DNA from: Squalus acanthias
Lineage: Eukaryota
DNA: 64,000 nt
Direction: 5' to 3'
Assembly (NCBI GenBank): GCA_030390025.1
Contig: CM059433.1
Span: 5,890,001 to 5,954,000, forward strand
The notes under the pieces are model-generated. The model saw nothing but the letters and a program-made list of their open reading frames with translations. It had not been told where the DNA came from and did no database searches. How positions within the stretch are numbered: the first letter of the stretch is position 1; each line of letters opens with the position of its first letter. The position numbers were made by a program, and so were the translations under genes. Below, in pieces: positions 10,022 to 22,714 of this stretch.

Positions 10022-11312
10022 GAGAAGAAAAGTAAGAAGAAGCATAAATTACAAAGCGATATTAACCGATTAAGTGAATGGGCAAAACTGTGGTAAATGG
10101 ATTTCAATATAGGCAAGTGTGAGGTCATCCACTTTGGACCTAAAAAGTATAGATTAGAGTACTTTCTAAATGGTGAAAGGCTAGAAGCAGTGGCGGTCAA
10201 AGAGACTTGGGGGTCCATGCACGTAGATCATCAACAGGTCATGGACAGGTACAACAAATAATCAAAAAGGCTAATGGAATGCTGGTCTTTATATCTAGAG
10301 GACTGGAAAACAAGGGGTTAGAGGTCATGCCACAGCTATACAAAGCCCTGGAGCACTATGTTCAGTTCTGGGCACCACACCTTAGGAAGGATATATTGGC
10401 CTTGGAGGGAGTGCAGTGTAGATTTACCAGAATGATACCTGGACTCCAAGGGCTTATGTTACGAGGAGGGATTACACAAAGTAGGGTTGTATTTCCTAGA
10501 AATTAGAAGATTAAACAACAATTTGATCATCGTTTTCAAGATATAAAGAGGAACTGACAGGGTAGATAGAGATAAACTATTTCCACTGGTTGGGGAATCT
10601 AGGACTAGGGGACACAGCCTTATAATTACAGCCAGATCTTTCATAGAAACATAGAATCTAGGAGCAGGAGTAGGCCATTCGGCCCGTCGAGCCTGCTCCG
10701 CCATTCAATACGATCATGGCTGATCATCCAAATCCAGTACCCTGTCCCTGCTTTAATCCCCACAGTACACATATCCCACCCTACTGCCGTAACCCCACGT
10801 ATTTAATTCCCCCGAACATATCCCATCCTATCCCCATAACCCCACATATTTAATCCCCCCTAACACTAAGGGTCAATTTATCATAGCCAAATCAACCTAA
10901 CCCACACATTTTTGGACTGTGGGAGGAAACCGGAGCACCCGGAGGAAACCCACGCAGACACGGGGAGAATGTGCAAACTCCACACAGACAGTCACCCGAG
11001 GTCAGATTCGAACCCGGGTCTCTGGCGCTGTGAGGCACCAGTGCTAACCACTATGCCACCGTCAGGAGTGAAGTTTGGAAACACTTCTACATGCAAAGAA
11101 TGGTAAAAGTTTGGAACGCTCATCCGCAAATGACAGTTGATGCTGGGTCAATTATTAATTTAAAATCTGAGATTGATAGATTTCTGTTAACCAGGGTATT
11201 AAGGGATATGGGGCAAAGGCGGGTATGAAGAGTTAGGTCGCAGATCAGCCATGATCTCATTGAATGGAGGAACAGGTTTGAGGGGCTAAATAGCCTACTC
11301 CTGTTCCTGTGT
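10022..11312 (+). mobile_element. CR1 LINE 3' fragment, split by a SINE insertion
   Basis: KKANGML...EHYVQFWAPHLRKDILALEGVQCRFTRMIPG and a CR1 3' UTR (gatcagccatgatctcattgaatgg...cctactcctgttcct). Confidence 0.85.
10623..11062 (-). mobile_element. V-SINE (HE1-like) with tRNA head, V-domain and CR1-derived tail
   Basis: Minus strand head ggcatagtggttagcac...gggttcgaatc, V-domain gtggagtttgcacattctccccgtgtctgcgtgggtttcctccgggtgctccggtttcctcccacagtcc, and a CR1 3' tail ending (tctatgtt)n. Confidence 0.85.
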
Positions 11313-11492
11313 TCCTAGCAGAGAAAGAGAGAACAGGAAGAAACCTGCTGATAGAAAAAGAGGTCAGGAGATCTGAGTCAGGAAGAACCTGTCAAACGAA
11401 CAGAAAAAACAGAATTACAGCTGACCTGTGGAAGATGAGGAAAGAATATTTCCAGCAAAAGTGCAAACTGAGGTGTCCTCGTCCACTGTCTT

Positions 11493-11660
11493 AACATCCA
11501 CTCCCTCTACCTCCAGCACACCGTGGCTGCAGTGTGCAACCATCTACAGGATGCAGTGCAGAAAGTCGCCAAGGCTTCTTCAGCAGCACCTCCCAAACCC
11601 GCGACCTCCACCACCTAGAAGGACATGGGCAGCAGGCGCATGGGAACACCACCACCTCCA
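11493..11660 (+). mobile_element. Short 3' fragment of LINE family B, inverted relative to the adjacent long copy
   Basis: Near reverse complement of ~11865-12030. Confidence 0.7.
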
Positions 11661-11664
11661 GGAA

Positions 11665-14600
11665 AGACCGGCATTTATTGCCCATCCCTAGTTGCCCTTG
11701 AAAAGGTGGCAGTGAGCCTTCTTCTTGAACCACTGCAGTCCGTGTGGTGAAAGTTCTCCCACAGTGCTGTTAGGTAGAGAGTTCCAGGAATTTGACACAG
11801 TAATGATGAAGGAACGACGATATATGTCCAAGTCAGGATGGTGTGTGACTTGGAGGGGAACTTGAAGGTGGTGGTGTTCCCATGCGCCTGCTGCCCTTGT
11901 CCTTCTAAGTGGAAGAGGCCACGGGTTTGGGAGGTGCTGCCGAAGAAGCCTTGGCGAGTTGCTGTCGTGCATCCTGATGATGGTACACACTGCAGACATG
12001 GTGCGCCATTGGTGGAAGGAGTGAATGTTTAAGGTGGTGGATGGGGTGCCAATCAAGCGGGCTGCTTTGTCCTCGATAGTGTCGAGGTTCTTGGGTGTTG
12101 TTGGAGCTGCACTCATCCAGGTAAGTGGAGAGTATTCCATCACACTCCTGATTTGTGCCTTATAGATGGTGGAAAGGCTTTGGGGAGACAGGTGGTGAGT
12201 CACTCGCCGCAGAATATCCAGCCTCTGACCTGCTCTTGTAGCCACAGTATTTATGTGGCTGGTCCAGTTAAGTTTCTGGTCAATGGTGACCCCTAGGATG
12301 TTGATGGTGGGGGATTTGACGATGGTAATGCTGTTGAATGTCAAGGGGCGGCGGTTAGACTCTCGCTTATTGGAGATAGTCATTGCCTGGCACTTGTGTG
12401 ACGTGAATGTTACTTGCCACTTATCAGCCCAAGCCTGAATGTTGTCCAGGTCTTGCTGCATGCGGGCATAGACTATTTCATTATCTGAGTAGTTGGAACT
12501 GAACACTGTGCAATCATCAGCGAACATCCCCACTTCTGACCTTATGATGGAGGGAAGGTCATTGATGAAGCAACTGAAGATGTTTGGGCCTAGGACACTG
12601 CTCTGAGGAACACCTGCAGCGATGTCCTGGGGCTGAGATTATTGGCCTCCAACAACCACAGCCATCTTCCTTTGTGCCAGGTATGACTCCAGCCAATGGA
12701 GACTTTTCCCCCCAGTTCCCATTGACTTCAATTTTACTAGGGCTTCTTGATGCCACACTCGGACAAATGCTGCCTTGATGTCGAGGGCAGTCACTCTCAA
12801 CTCACTTCTGGAATTCAGCTCCTTTGTCCATGTTTGGACCAAGGCTGTAATGAGGTCTGAAGCCGAGTGGTCCTGGCAGAACACAAACTGGGCATCAGTG
12901 AGCAGGTTATTGGTGAGTAAGTGCCGTTTGATAGCACTGCCGATGACACCTTCCATCACTTTGCTGATGATTGAGCGTAGACTGATGGGGCGGTAATTGG
13001 CCGGATTGGATTTGTCCTGCATTTTGTGGACAGGACATACCTGGGCAATTTTCCACTTTGTCGAATAGTGCTGTAGCTGTACTGGAACAGCTTGGCTAGA
13101 GGCATGGTTTGTTCTGGAGCACATGTCTTCAGCATTACAGCCAGGATGTTGTCAGGGCCCATAGCATTTGTTGTATCTAATGCGCTCAGCGGTTTCTTGA
13201 TATCATATGGAGTGAATTGAATTGGCTGAAGACTGGCTTCTGTGATGGTGGGGACTTCAGGGGGAGGCCGATATGGATCATCCACCTGGCACTTCTGGCT
13301 GAAGATGGTTGCAAACACTTCTGCCTTGTCTTTTGAACTCACGTGCTGGGCTCCGCTATCATTGAGGATGGGATATTCATGGAGCCTCTTCCTCCCGTTA
13401 GTTGTTTAATTGTCCACCACCATTCACGGCTGGATGTGGCAGGACTGCAGAGCTTTGATCTGATCCATTGGTTGTGGGATCACTTAGCTCTTTCTATAGC
13501 ATGCTGCTTCCGCTGTTTAGCATGCATGTATCCTGTGTTGCAGCTTCACCAGGTTGCCACCTCATTTTTAGGTACACCTGGTGCTGCTCCTGGCATACTC
13601 TTCTACATTCCTCATTGAACCAGGGTTGGTCCCCTGGCTTGATGGTAATGGTCGAGTGAGGGATATGCCAGGGCATGAGGTCACAGATTGTGGTGGAATA
13701 CAATTCTGCTGCTGCTGATGGCCCACAGCACCTTCATGGATGCCCAGTTTGAGCTGCTAGATCTGTTCTGAATCTATCCCATTTAGCACGCTGGTAGTGC
13801 CACACAACACGATGGAGGGTGTCCTCAGTGTGAAGACGGGACTTTGTCTCCACAAGGACTGTGCAGTGGTCACTCCATGGACAGATACATCTGCGACAGG
13901 TAGACTGGTGAGGATGAGGTCAAGTAGGTTTTTCCCTCGTGTTGGTTCTCTCACCACCTGCTGCAGGCCCAGTCTGGCAGCTATGTCCTTCAGGAATCGG
14001 CCAACTCGGTCAGTAGTGGTGCTACCGAGCCACTCTTGGTGATGGACATTGAAGTCCCCCACCCAGAGTCCATTCTGTGCCCTTGCTACCCTCAGTGCTT
14101 CTTCCAAATGGTGTTCAACGTGGAGGAGTACTGATTCATCAGCTGAGGGAGGGCGGTAGGTAGTAATCAGCAGGAGGTTTCCTAGCCCATGTTTGACCTC
14201 ATGCCATGAGACTTCATGGGGTCCAGAGTCAATGTTGAGAACTCCCAGGGCCACTCCCCACTGTGTCAGCACCTCTATTGGGTCTGTCCTGCTGGTGGGA
14301 CAGGACATACCCAGGGATGGAGATGGAAGAGTAGTCTGGAAGGTATGATTCTGTGATTATGACTGTGTCAGGCTGTTGCTTGACTAGTCTGTGGGACACT
14401 TCCAATTTTGACACAAGTCCCCAGATGTTATTGAGAAGGACTTTGCAGGGTCGACTGGGCTGGGTGCGCCTTTGTCGTGTCCGGTGCCTAGGTCGATGCC
14501 GGGTGCTCCGTCCGGTTTTATTGTTAATATACTTCTTTGTCGGGGTTTAGTACAATTGAATGGCTTGCTCAGCCATTTCAGAGGGCAGTTAAGAATCAAC

Positions 14601-15008
14601 CACATTGCTGTGGGTCTGGAGTCACATATAGGCTAGACCAGGTAAGGACGGCAGATTTCCTTCTCTAAAGGGCATTAGTGAACCAGATGGGTTTTCACGA
14701 CAATCCGATAGTTTCATGGTCACCATTACTGATACTAGCTTTTTATTCCAAATTGATTTAATTAACTGAACTTAAATTCCCCAGCTGCCGCGGTGGGATT
14801 TGAACCGATCATTAGTCCAGGCCTCTGGATTACTAGCCCAGCAACATAAAAACGAAAGACTTGCATTTCTATAGCACCTTTCACGACCTCAGGATGTCCC
14901 AAAGTGCTTTACAGCCAATGTGGGAAACGTGGCAGCCAATTGCGCACAGCAAGCTCCCACAAACAGCAATGTGAGAATGACCAGATAACCACTATGCTAC
15001 CGTACCCC
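11665..15008 (-). mobile_element. Near full-length degenerate non-LTR retrotransposon (family B; APE + RT, no ORF1 seen) with tRNA-derived 5' head
   Basis: Frameshifted ORF pieces: APE (ITES, TYRPP, VGDFNVHH, LDLILT) and RT (NYRPISL, ALDIKAAF, FADD). 3' end gggatgggcaataaatg. 5' end carries A-box and B-box-like motifs. Confidence 0.85.
14849..14988 (-). mobile_element. DeuSINE 3' fragment inserted into the tRNA head of LINE B
   Basis: Same sequence as 23706-23860; flanked by ATAA on both sides. Confidence 0.65.
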
Positions 15009-15525
15009 TACTGTAGCTGTGTACTATACACACACACACACATTAAAAACTAACTCACATTGGCATCTTCAGCATTTGAGGTTTAGTTGCAACAGCCAGC
15101 TCTTCTCTGAAGCTCACAAGCATTTCTATAAATCGGATTATTGCAGAGCTAACAGGACCAGCGGTGTTTATATCCGATGCCTTTGAACCGCTCTACATTG
15201 GCCATTATACAGTAACAGCTGGAAGAAACACCGCATGTCCTTCAAAGTCATTAAACGAACAGATTTTAATGTCTGCAGTGCATTCTGCATGAAATGTTGT
15301 ACTTTTTAGATTTGTTCAAACGCACTTTAGCGCACACATCACATCAATGAGATTTTCTCGGAGAACAACTTGCAGCGACATCAGAGACCTGGGAGCCCCT
15401 CCATCCCTGTCCCCCTGCAGATTATTAATTCTACAATTTACTCACGTTTCTTACCGATAAACTATTTTTCCTTTTCTCTCACAACAATCTGCAGCACAGC
15501 AGGAAAAACAAAGGTTGCTACTTGC

Positions 15526-15600
15526 CTGCGAAGCCTGTGACGGGTAAAGGCAGGAGAGTACCAGGTACAGAAAAAGGCTGTACTGAATCCCAGGAACCAT
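15526..15600 (-). CDS. FBLN7: Fibulin-7 coding exon 1 (signal peptide)
   Basis: MVPGIQYSLFLYLVLSCLYPSQASQ, 25 codons, the same length and ends as the recalled human MVPSSPRALFLLLLILACPEPRASQ. Followed by donor CAG|GCAAGT. Confidence 0.88.
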
Positions 15601-15937
15601 ATCGCCTCTGCTCCTTTTACTCTTAGGGAATGCCTTCAAGATCTGCACGTGTGTGGGGTTTTTTCTCTCCCCCCCCTCCACCGGGAAAACTCCAAGCTTT
15701 CGCTGGCAGGTGCATTCACATTGGGCTCATTGTGGAGTCAGTCGGTTTCACTCCCTGGACAGGATGACGGCAGGTGGGAGTTCAGCAAAGTCTTTCAAGG
15801 GAGCTTCTTTTCCAGACTCGACTGAATCCACATACTCAGGTTTGTTCCCTTGCTGCGGGACGGGAGTTGATCTCCACTGGACTGTGTGGTCAGGGTGAAG
15901 GATTGCTTTGGTCTCAGGTTCCTGTCAGAATGATATT

Positions 15938-15980
15938 GTCCCGCCCCTTTAAGGAGCTGGAGGGCTGGTGGAATTTATAC
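15938..15980 (-). promoter_or_regulatory. Possible FBLN7 core promoter elements
   Basis: TATAAAT (15973-15979) and GGGGCGGG (15940-15947) on the minus strand, ~350-380 nt upstream of the ATG; motif evidence only. Confidence 0.25.
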
Positions 15981-16866
15981 AAAAAAAAATTGCTTCAACT
16001 TTACAGCTATTATTATCTTAAGGTAGCAAATCGCGCTTTAAACAATGACCTTCCTTGATTATACACATTAGTGACAAGGGCTACATCATAACAACAACAA
16101 AATAAGTATGTTGTCAAATAAGGACTGATTTACAACTGGTTTATATGCGCACACATACATGTAAATGTGAAAACAGAATATTGTAAGGGTTCTATGTACA
16201 CTGTGGATTTATACAACGAACGATTTATGTTGCTTTCAGATTTCAAAATTGAGCCCCACAGACTGAGAATGTTAACAATAAAAGTTTACATTAACTGCAT
16301 TCGTGCTTTTAAAACATTATCAAAATGGTCAGTGATAAGGTATCTTTTTAGCCTCAACAGGGATTGGAAAAATATTTTGATGTGAATCCTGTCAAATGGC
16401 AACATTTTCCTTGCTTATCTTTTAAATTCCAATTACTATGCACTTATAAGAAATATTAGATGTAGCAAAATCTATGTAATGATACAGCACCTTATCACAT
16501 GCAAAGCGTTTGATGACAAATGGAACAATTTTCAAGTGCAGTTTCACACACAGCAAATGAGATGAAATGAACCTTTAAGCTGCTTTTGGTGTCTTTGGTC
16601 GAGGGGAAAAGGTTAGGACAGTGGGAGAATTCCCGACTCTTTTCAAGTAAGGATTAGGGGATGGTGGGGTGCTGGGCGGGTGGTTTAGTCTGTTTCCGAC
16701 TACTGCCCTGTTACAAAGCCTTAAATGTAGTGTGTGTGTTTTTTAAGTACCTATTGGGCATATGGATACATAATGAAATCACATTTCCCCTTCGTTTGAA
16801 ACCGTTCTGCCAGGACTCCTGAATCAACATTGCAAAATACGTGTGACTCAATTGTCCCCCGTGTCC

Positions 16867-17157
16867 ATGAACATATCACCTGTATTGTATTGATTAAAGC
16901 AGTGATATTAGATTACTGCCTATCAGCTTTCTACTGTGAGTATCTGCTCTCTATATCCAGCTAAGAAAAAACCTTCCTGGGCTGTTTGATATGAAACGAA
17001 TTCACCAGAAGTAGAGGAATGCTGCTGCTGCTAGTTTAACAGCCCAGAAAGGTTTTCTCTTTGCTGGATAGAGAGAGCAGATACTCACAATAGAAAGCTG
17101 ATAGGCAGTAATCTAATATCACTGCTTTAATTAATACAATACAGGTGATATTTTCAT
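16867..17157. repeat. Long inverted repeat / fold-back element
   Basis: Arms ~16873-16986 and ~17038-17151 are near-complementary with scattered mismatches; ~50-nt spacer. Confidence 0.85.
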
Positions 17158-17677
17158 TTTCCAGGAATGCGCACTTGAATTGACACCCATCTATGATATA
17201 TATATTAAAAAGCGTACATTTATATGTGATTTCTGTTTGTAAAACCTTACTTCCTATTGTGACATCTTTGTCATACTTTTATGTCAACTTGTTCCCATTA
17301 TAATTACTATGCCCACATTTGCCTATGTAAACATGTCACACTGTAATGACACCCTCCTGACAATGGTGGCGCTGTAGAGCCTCAGTTTTCCAGCTCCCTG
17401 CTCCTCAGCCAAACTCCTATGTCCCAGGCAACTGTACTTCACTCCTTCCCAAACTACCACTGCTTTTGCTGTTTAAAAATCAATATATTAGATACAAATA
17501 AGAACAGAATGTATGACTTTAAAACGAGGATGATGTCTGCCCACTGTGGTCCAGTTATCACCTGCTCTCTAACCCCACTTCACTTGAAGACTATGCTTAA
17601 TCTTGACTCCCCATGTGCAATGCCACCGGTGGTCGACTAGTATAATAGCTGAAAAGATGCCAAGGGTTTTTTCATAT

Positions 17678-17945
17678 CCTCCATTTATATAGCACCTTAT
17701 CACGTCTCTCAGAAATACCTCAACACTTCACAAACAATGGATTACTTTGGCAGGCAGCGAACCTATGCACACAGGAAGATCCCAAAAACAGCAGTGAGAT
17801 GAATGACCAGTTAATCAGGCTGTGGTGGTGTTGGTTGAGGGAGGAATACTGGCCAAGTCACTGGAATAGCTCCCTTCTTCGCTTACAATACGGGAGCTTT
17901 TAACATTCACGCAGAAGGCAGGATGGACATCAGTTTTAATGCCTA
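17678..17945 (-). mobile_element. Degenerate DeuSINE-like fragment
   Basis: catttatatagcaccttatcac...gatgaatgaccagttaatc...gttggttgagggaggaatactggcc resembles 23706-24000. Confidence 0.5.
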
Positions 17946-18820
17946 TTCGGAGGGCAGGGAGATCACTTCAGGAGTGGATCACCATTCATAACAGCGGCGA
18001 AGCTGGATGGAGGAATTCCAGCCCCACAATCTTTTTTTGCTCAAAGGTACCCCTAAAATGCTTTGTAAAACTGATTATCCTAGTGCTGTACGTGTGTGGA
18101 TTGAGACGGTGGTGGTGGGGTGGTGGGGGCTGCCTCATTGTCCACATGAAGCAGGACCCACCTAAGGTCCAGATTGATTGAAGTTAGGCTACCCAATAAT
18201 GGCTCATCGTGAGTGGGTGGAGTGACTGTCCAGACACTGAGAGAAGGTGGGTGACCCAGGGCTAATTGGACACAAAGAGGAGGTTAGCTTGAAGGCTGGG
18301 TTGCAGTCTAGCCAAATGTGATGGCTAACAGTGCCCTCCGCTGGTTGTTACCTGGAAGGACTCCACAATAAATAATCGACTTCAGAAACACAGCTGGTGA
18401 GCGTCCTCTGCCGGACAAGAGGAAGTGGCGACAAGGTTCTGGCTTAAAGGGGCAGGCATGGACATAAGGTTGACAGATTCAAAACTGTTCTGTGATGAGA
18501 TCCTACACTGTTTCTTTTGTGAACATCCAAGCTAATGGGAATCAGCAACATATTTCAAAAATCAACAGAGGTGTTTAGAGAGAGGGTCGCTTGGTTCCCC
18601 AGTGACTGTAGCTCCAGATTGTACTGATGTGTTTGTCGAACTGAAATTCTTCAGGTTGGAGGTTTCTCCAGCCCTGGAAATGGACGGACTAATGGATGAT
18701 ACACAGAAGAATGGAGAGAGAGTGGAGGAACTGAAGAAAAGGCTAGTGCTGGAATCAGGATTGCAGAGATTGAGAACTCAGTAACTCATCAACCTGAAAC
18801 ATTGGCCCCCCATCTTTACT

Positions 18821-20134
18821 GGGGTGAGATTTCAAAGCAGGAGGGAGGAGTTCTGGTTGGGCGTGGGTTTTTTTTTCAACATCATTCGCACCCGGAAGCC
18901 AGCCTGATTGACAGTGGGGTGGGAGGGAAGGCTGCAGAAAAAGCAGCAGCCCAGGAACAGGGATAGAGATCGCAGGGGGGGTGGTGGTGGGGTGGGTACA
19001 GCGTGGCTTCGAGGGTCGGGGTGTTGGCGAGAGATTGGGGCAGAGATGAGGGCATCGGGAAGGCCGGTGATCACCGGGGGATTAGTGATCGTGGTGGGGG
19101 GGGGGGCGGTGGGGGGAGGGGGGATCTGATTATGGGGGGGTCCGATTGCATGGGGGCTCCGTTCTGGGGAATGAGGCAGGTTAGCTTGGGGGCTGGGGGG
19201 AAGCACACTTGCTCCAATAAGAGCAGGGAGGTTATGATGGAGCTGTACAAAACGCTAGTTAGGCCACAGCTGGAATACTGTGTGCAGTTCTGGTCGCCAC
19301 ACTATAGGAAGGATGGGATTGCATTGGAGAGGGTGCAGAGGAGATTCACAAGGATGTTACCTGGGCTGCAGCACTTCAGCTATGAAGAGAGACTGAATAG
19401 GCTGGGGTTGTTTTCCTTAGAGCAGAGAAGGTTGAGGGGGGACCTGATTGAGGTGTACAAAATTATGAGGGGCATAGATAGGGTAGATAGAAAGGAACTT
19501 TTCCCCTTAGTAGAGGGGTCAATAACCAGGGGGCATAGTTTCAAGGTAAGGGGCAGGAGGTTTAGAGGGGATTTGAGGAAAAACTTTTTCACCCAGAGGG
19601 TGGTTGGAATCTGGAACTCACTGCCTGAAAGGGTGGTAGAGGCAGGAACCCTCACAACATTCAAGAAGCATTTAGATGAGTACTTGAAACGCCATAACAT
19701 ACAAGGCTACGGACCAAGTGCTGGAAAATGGGATTAAAATAGACAGGGCTTGATGGCCGGCGCGGACACGATGGACTGAAGGGCCTCTTTCTGCGCTGTA
19801 TAACTCTATGACTCTATGACTATGACTCCTACTGGCCCATAAGCTGGAAAGGCACTTCCAGCCTGTTCCTGTTCCATGCAGCAGTCCTCCCTTTAGCACC
19901 CGGGGAAACCCGGCCAGCCAGCGTTAAAGCTGGACGAGAGATAAAATCTGAGGCACACATCCTCATCAAAATATTTAAATCAGCAACCTGCCTCCTGGGA
20001 GCGGGTTGGTTGTCCGTCCCCCGTCCCACCACCGTTAACACTGGAAGTGGGCGGGCTTGAGGTGGGTTTAACAATTTTTTAATTTTCACATTCCACCCGA
20101 AACCCACCCGTTTTACGGGGTTAGAATTACCCCC
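18821..20134. mobile_element. GGGG-terminated MITE-like element interrupted by CR1
   Basis: Termini ggggtgagatttc / gaattaccccc; complementary subterminal segments (gggcgtgggtt vs aacccacccg). It sits within a Penelope-like fragment (18785-18805 and 20135-20218). Confidence 0.45.
19215..19830 (+). mobile_element. CR1 LINE 3' fragment
   Basis: LYKTLVRPQLEYCVQFWSPHYRKD...FFTQRVVGIWNSLP; tail (actctatg)n. Confidence 0.9.
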
Positions 20135-20329
20135 AAAGATGCTGCCTGACCTGCTGAGTGTTTCCAGCATTTTCTGTTTTTATTTCTGATTTCCAGCATC
20201 CGCAGTATTTGGCTTTTGACTCACTTGCTTACTTGATGTAGCACGGGAATACACGGCTAATAAACTGCCAACACCTGACAACTTACGTGCAAGATCCTTG
20301 ATCAGAACCAAGTAAAATTGGTTCCACAT

Positions 20330-20695
20330 CCCCAATGGCCTAGTGAGTCTATGCCGACTGGGACAGGCCCAGGCCCAGGCCCAGGCCCAATCCCCGTCTG
20401 TGCGGAGTTAGCTGGCGTCCAACTGGACAGCGGTAACAGGGCTACAGTACCTTTGGGATCGGAAATGGGAAATCAGCCAGGGTTCCCCACTGCTGATTGC
20501 TATCCGGCAAATTCTGCTGGAAGCGGACCTGTGTAGATGTTAGGAAAGGAGATGATTGGGCTCTGCCGTGATGCCCCTTGTGGTCAAATAGCCTACCAAC
20601 ACTAACTGTCAAAGCTCACACACGATTAATGGGTAAGGTACCAGGGAGGGACCAGCACTCAAAGAATTAAAGTCAATGCCTTTAAGAGGAGTGGG
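20330..20695 (+). mobile_element. LF-SINE-like element (degenerate)
   Basis: ccccgtctgtgcggagttagct...gggaaatcagccagggttcccc...gattgctatcc...gtgatgcccc...ggtcaaatagcct. Confidence 0.55.
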
Positions 20696-21521
20696 AAGAA
20701 AAAGAAAATTGTTCTAATTTTCATCCAGTAAAAATGAACGCACCAGAGGACTGACAGTTCCACATGGCTAATGCAACTTATATCTTTAAGAAACAAATTG
20801 TCTACTATTTAGCAGTTTTGATTTAATGAAATCTTTACCTTTTTTTAATAAATTGATGGTGTCCTGTATTTATTCTTAATTCTTCACACGGTCTAATTCA
20901 AATCATTAACAATGCTTTTTTTCCCAGCTTTTTGAATTTGACAGGTCGCCCACCAGTTTCCCGCAGTGCCTAGACCTTGTCTTTGAAGCTGAGGCAGGAG
21001 GTCACTTGCCATTGAATCAGATGTTGAGTTGACAGCTTCAGATGTCAAGTCAAAGCTCCCCGCTGATTGAGAAATGTTCCCTTAACCACTAGTTTCTCTA
21101 AACTGCATTTCCACTACAGATTCACAAGTCTGCATCCAGTCTGACCTCATTACATCTCCCACCATTGACAGATCACTTCTGTCATCTCTATTTCACCTGC
21201 CATCTATTCCATCAGCATGGGTGTACTTTATGTTGTCTCACCTTGGTCCTCAGAATCTGACCACGATCAGCCCCAACACCAGCATCACCAGGCACACCAG
21301 CAGCACCAACAATCACACCAACCTTCTCCACAATCACCTGATGCTGCACAGGACAGAGGGCATCAGCACCCGACCACATTTCTGCCCGGGACGCCAGGGA
21401 TGGCCTCAACAGTGCCACATTTACTTCACTTGACGCTGCACACCCTGGCTGCCACATGATGTGCCAGGTTGGCACCATCCCACACCAACAACATAATGCA
21501 TCCCTACAATGCCCAAGCCAC

Positions 21522-22295
21522 AGAAAAGCAGAGTATTTTTTGAATGGTGAGAGATTGGGAAATATTGGTATTCAGAGGGACCTGGGTGTCCTTGTACATG
21601 AATCACTGAAAGTTAACATGCAGGTACAACAGCAAGCAATTAGGAAAGCAAATGGTATGTTGGCCTTTATTACAAGAGGATTTGAGAATAAGAGTAAAGA
21701 CGTCTTACTGCAATTATATAGGGCCCTGGTGAGACCAAACCTGGAGTATTGTGTACAGTTTTGGTCTCCTTACCTAAGGAAGGATATACTTGCCATAGAG
21801 GGAGTGCAACGAAGGTTCACCAGACTGGTTCCTGGGATGGGGGATTGTCCTATGAGGACAGATTGAGTAGACTAGGCCTATATTCTCTAGAGTTTAGAAG
21901 ACTGAGAGGTGATCTCATTGAAACATACAAAATTCTTACAGGGCTTGACAGGGTAGATGCAGGGAGGATGTTTCCTCTGGTTGGGGAGTTTAGAACCAGG
22001 GGTCACAGTCTCAGAGTATGGTGTCGGCCATTTAGGACTGAGATGAGGAGAAATTTCTTCACTCAGAGGGTGGTGAATCTTTGGAATTCTCTACCCCAGA
22101 GGGCTGTGGAGGCTCAGACGTTGAGTATATTCAAGACAGAGATCGATAGATTTTTGAATATTAAGGGATATGGGGATAGTGCAGGAAAGTGGAGATGAGG
22201 TAGAAGATCAGCCATGATCTTTTTGAATGGCGGCGCAAGCTGAAAGGGCCGAATTGCTTACTCCTGCTCCTATTTCTGATGTTCTTATGTTCTTA
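21522..22295 (+). mobile_element. CR1 LINE 3' fragment
   Basis: QRDLGVLVHESLK...EYCVQFWSPYLRKD...FFTQRVVNLWNSLP, with a frameshift and a CR1 3' UTR. Confidence 0.9.
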
Positions 22296-22714
22296 TTCCT
22301 ATCACACTCATCACCATTGCGGGGGGTACCGTTATGTCTCACCATTCACTGCAACTCACTAAGCCACTTCCAAAGGTACGCACAAATCTGTCCAAGAACG
22401 CAAAGTGTTGAAAATAAAGATTTCAATGTTTGACGGCACATTAACAGAAACTTCACATGAACATTGGCTCAAACACACAAGTGCCTACCCTTGTGTGTTG
22501 TTAGTTAGTATGATTGGACTAGGATGAGGGTGAGCGTGAGGGGTGGCTAGTGAGATGGGGATGTGATAATATAGATAGAGAGGGATGGGTGGAGTTGCAA
22601 GGTAAGTTGGTGTGCGTAAGGATGTGCAGGAGTTGGGTAGGGAAGGCAGAGTGATGGGGATGTAATGAGTGGCACAGCAGGATGAGGTTGAGTGTGGCTT
22701 TGCAGTAACGATTC

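Noticed and set aside
10990..11062. Stand-alone tRNA gene
   Set aside because: It is the tRNA-derived head of a V-SINE; the same applies to ~24085-24154.
15451..15525. Cys-rich extension (SNLCFSCCAADCCERK) suggesting a small secreted toxin-like peptide
   Set aside because: It is read-through into FBLN7 intron 1 past the GC donor.
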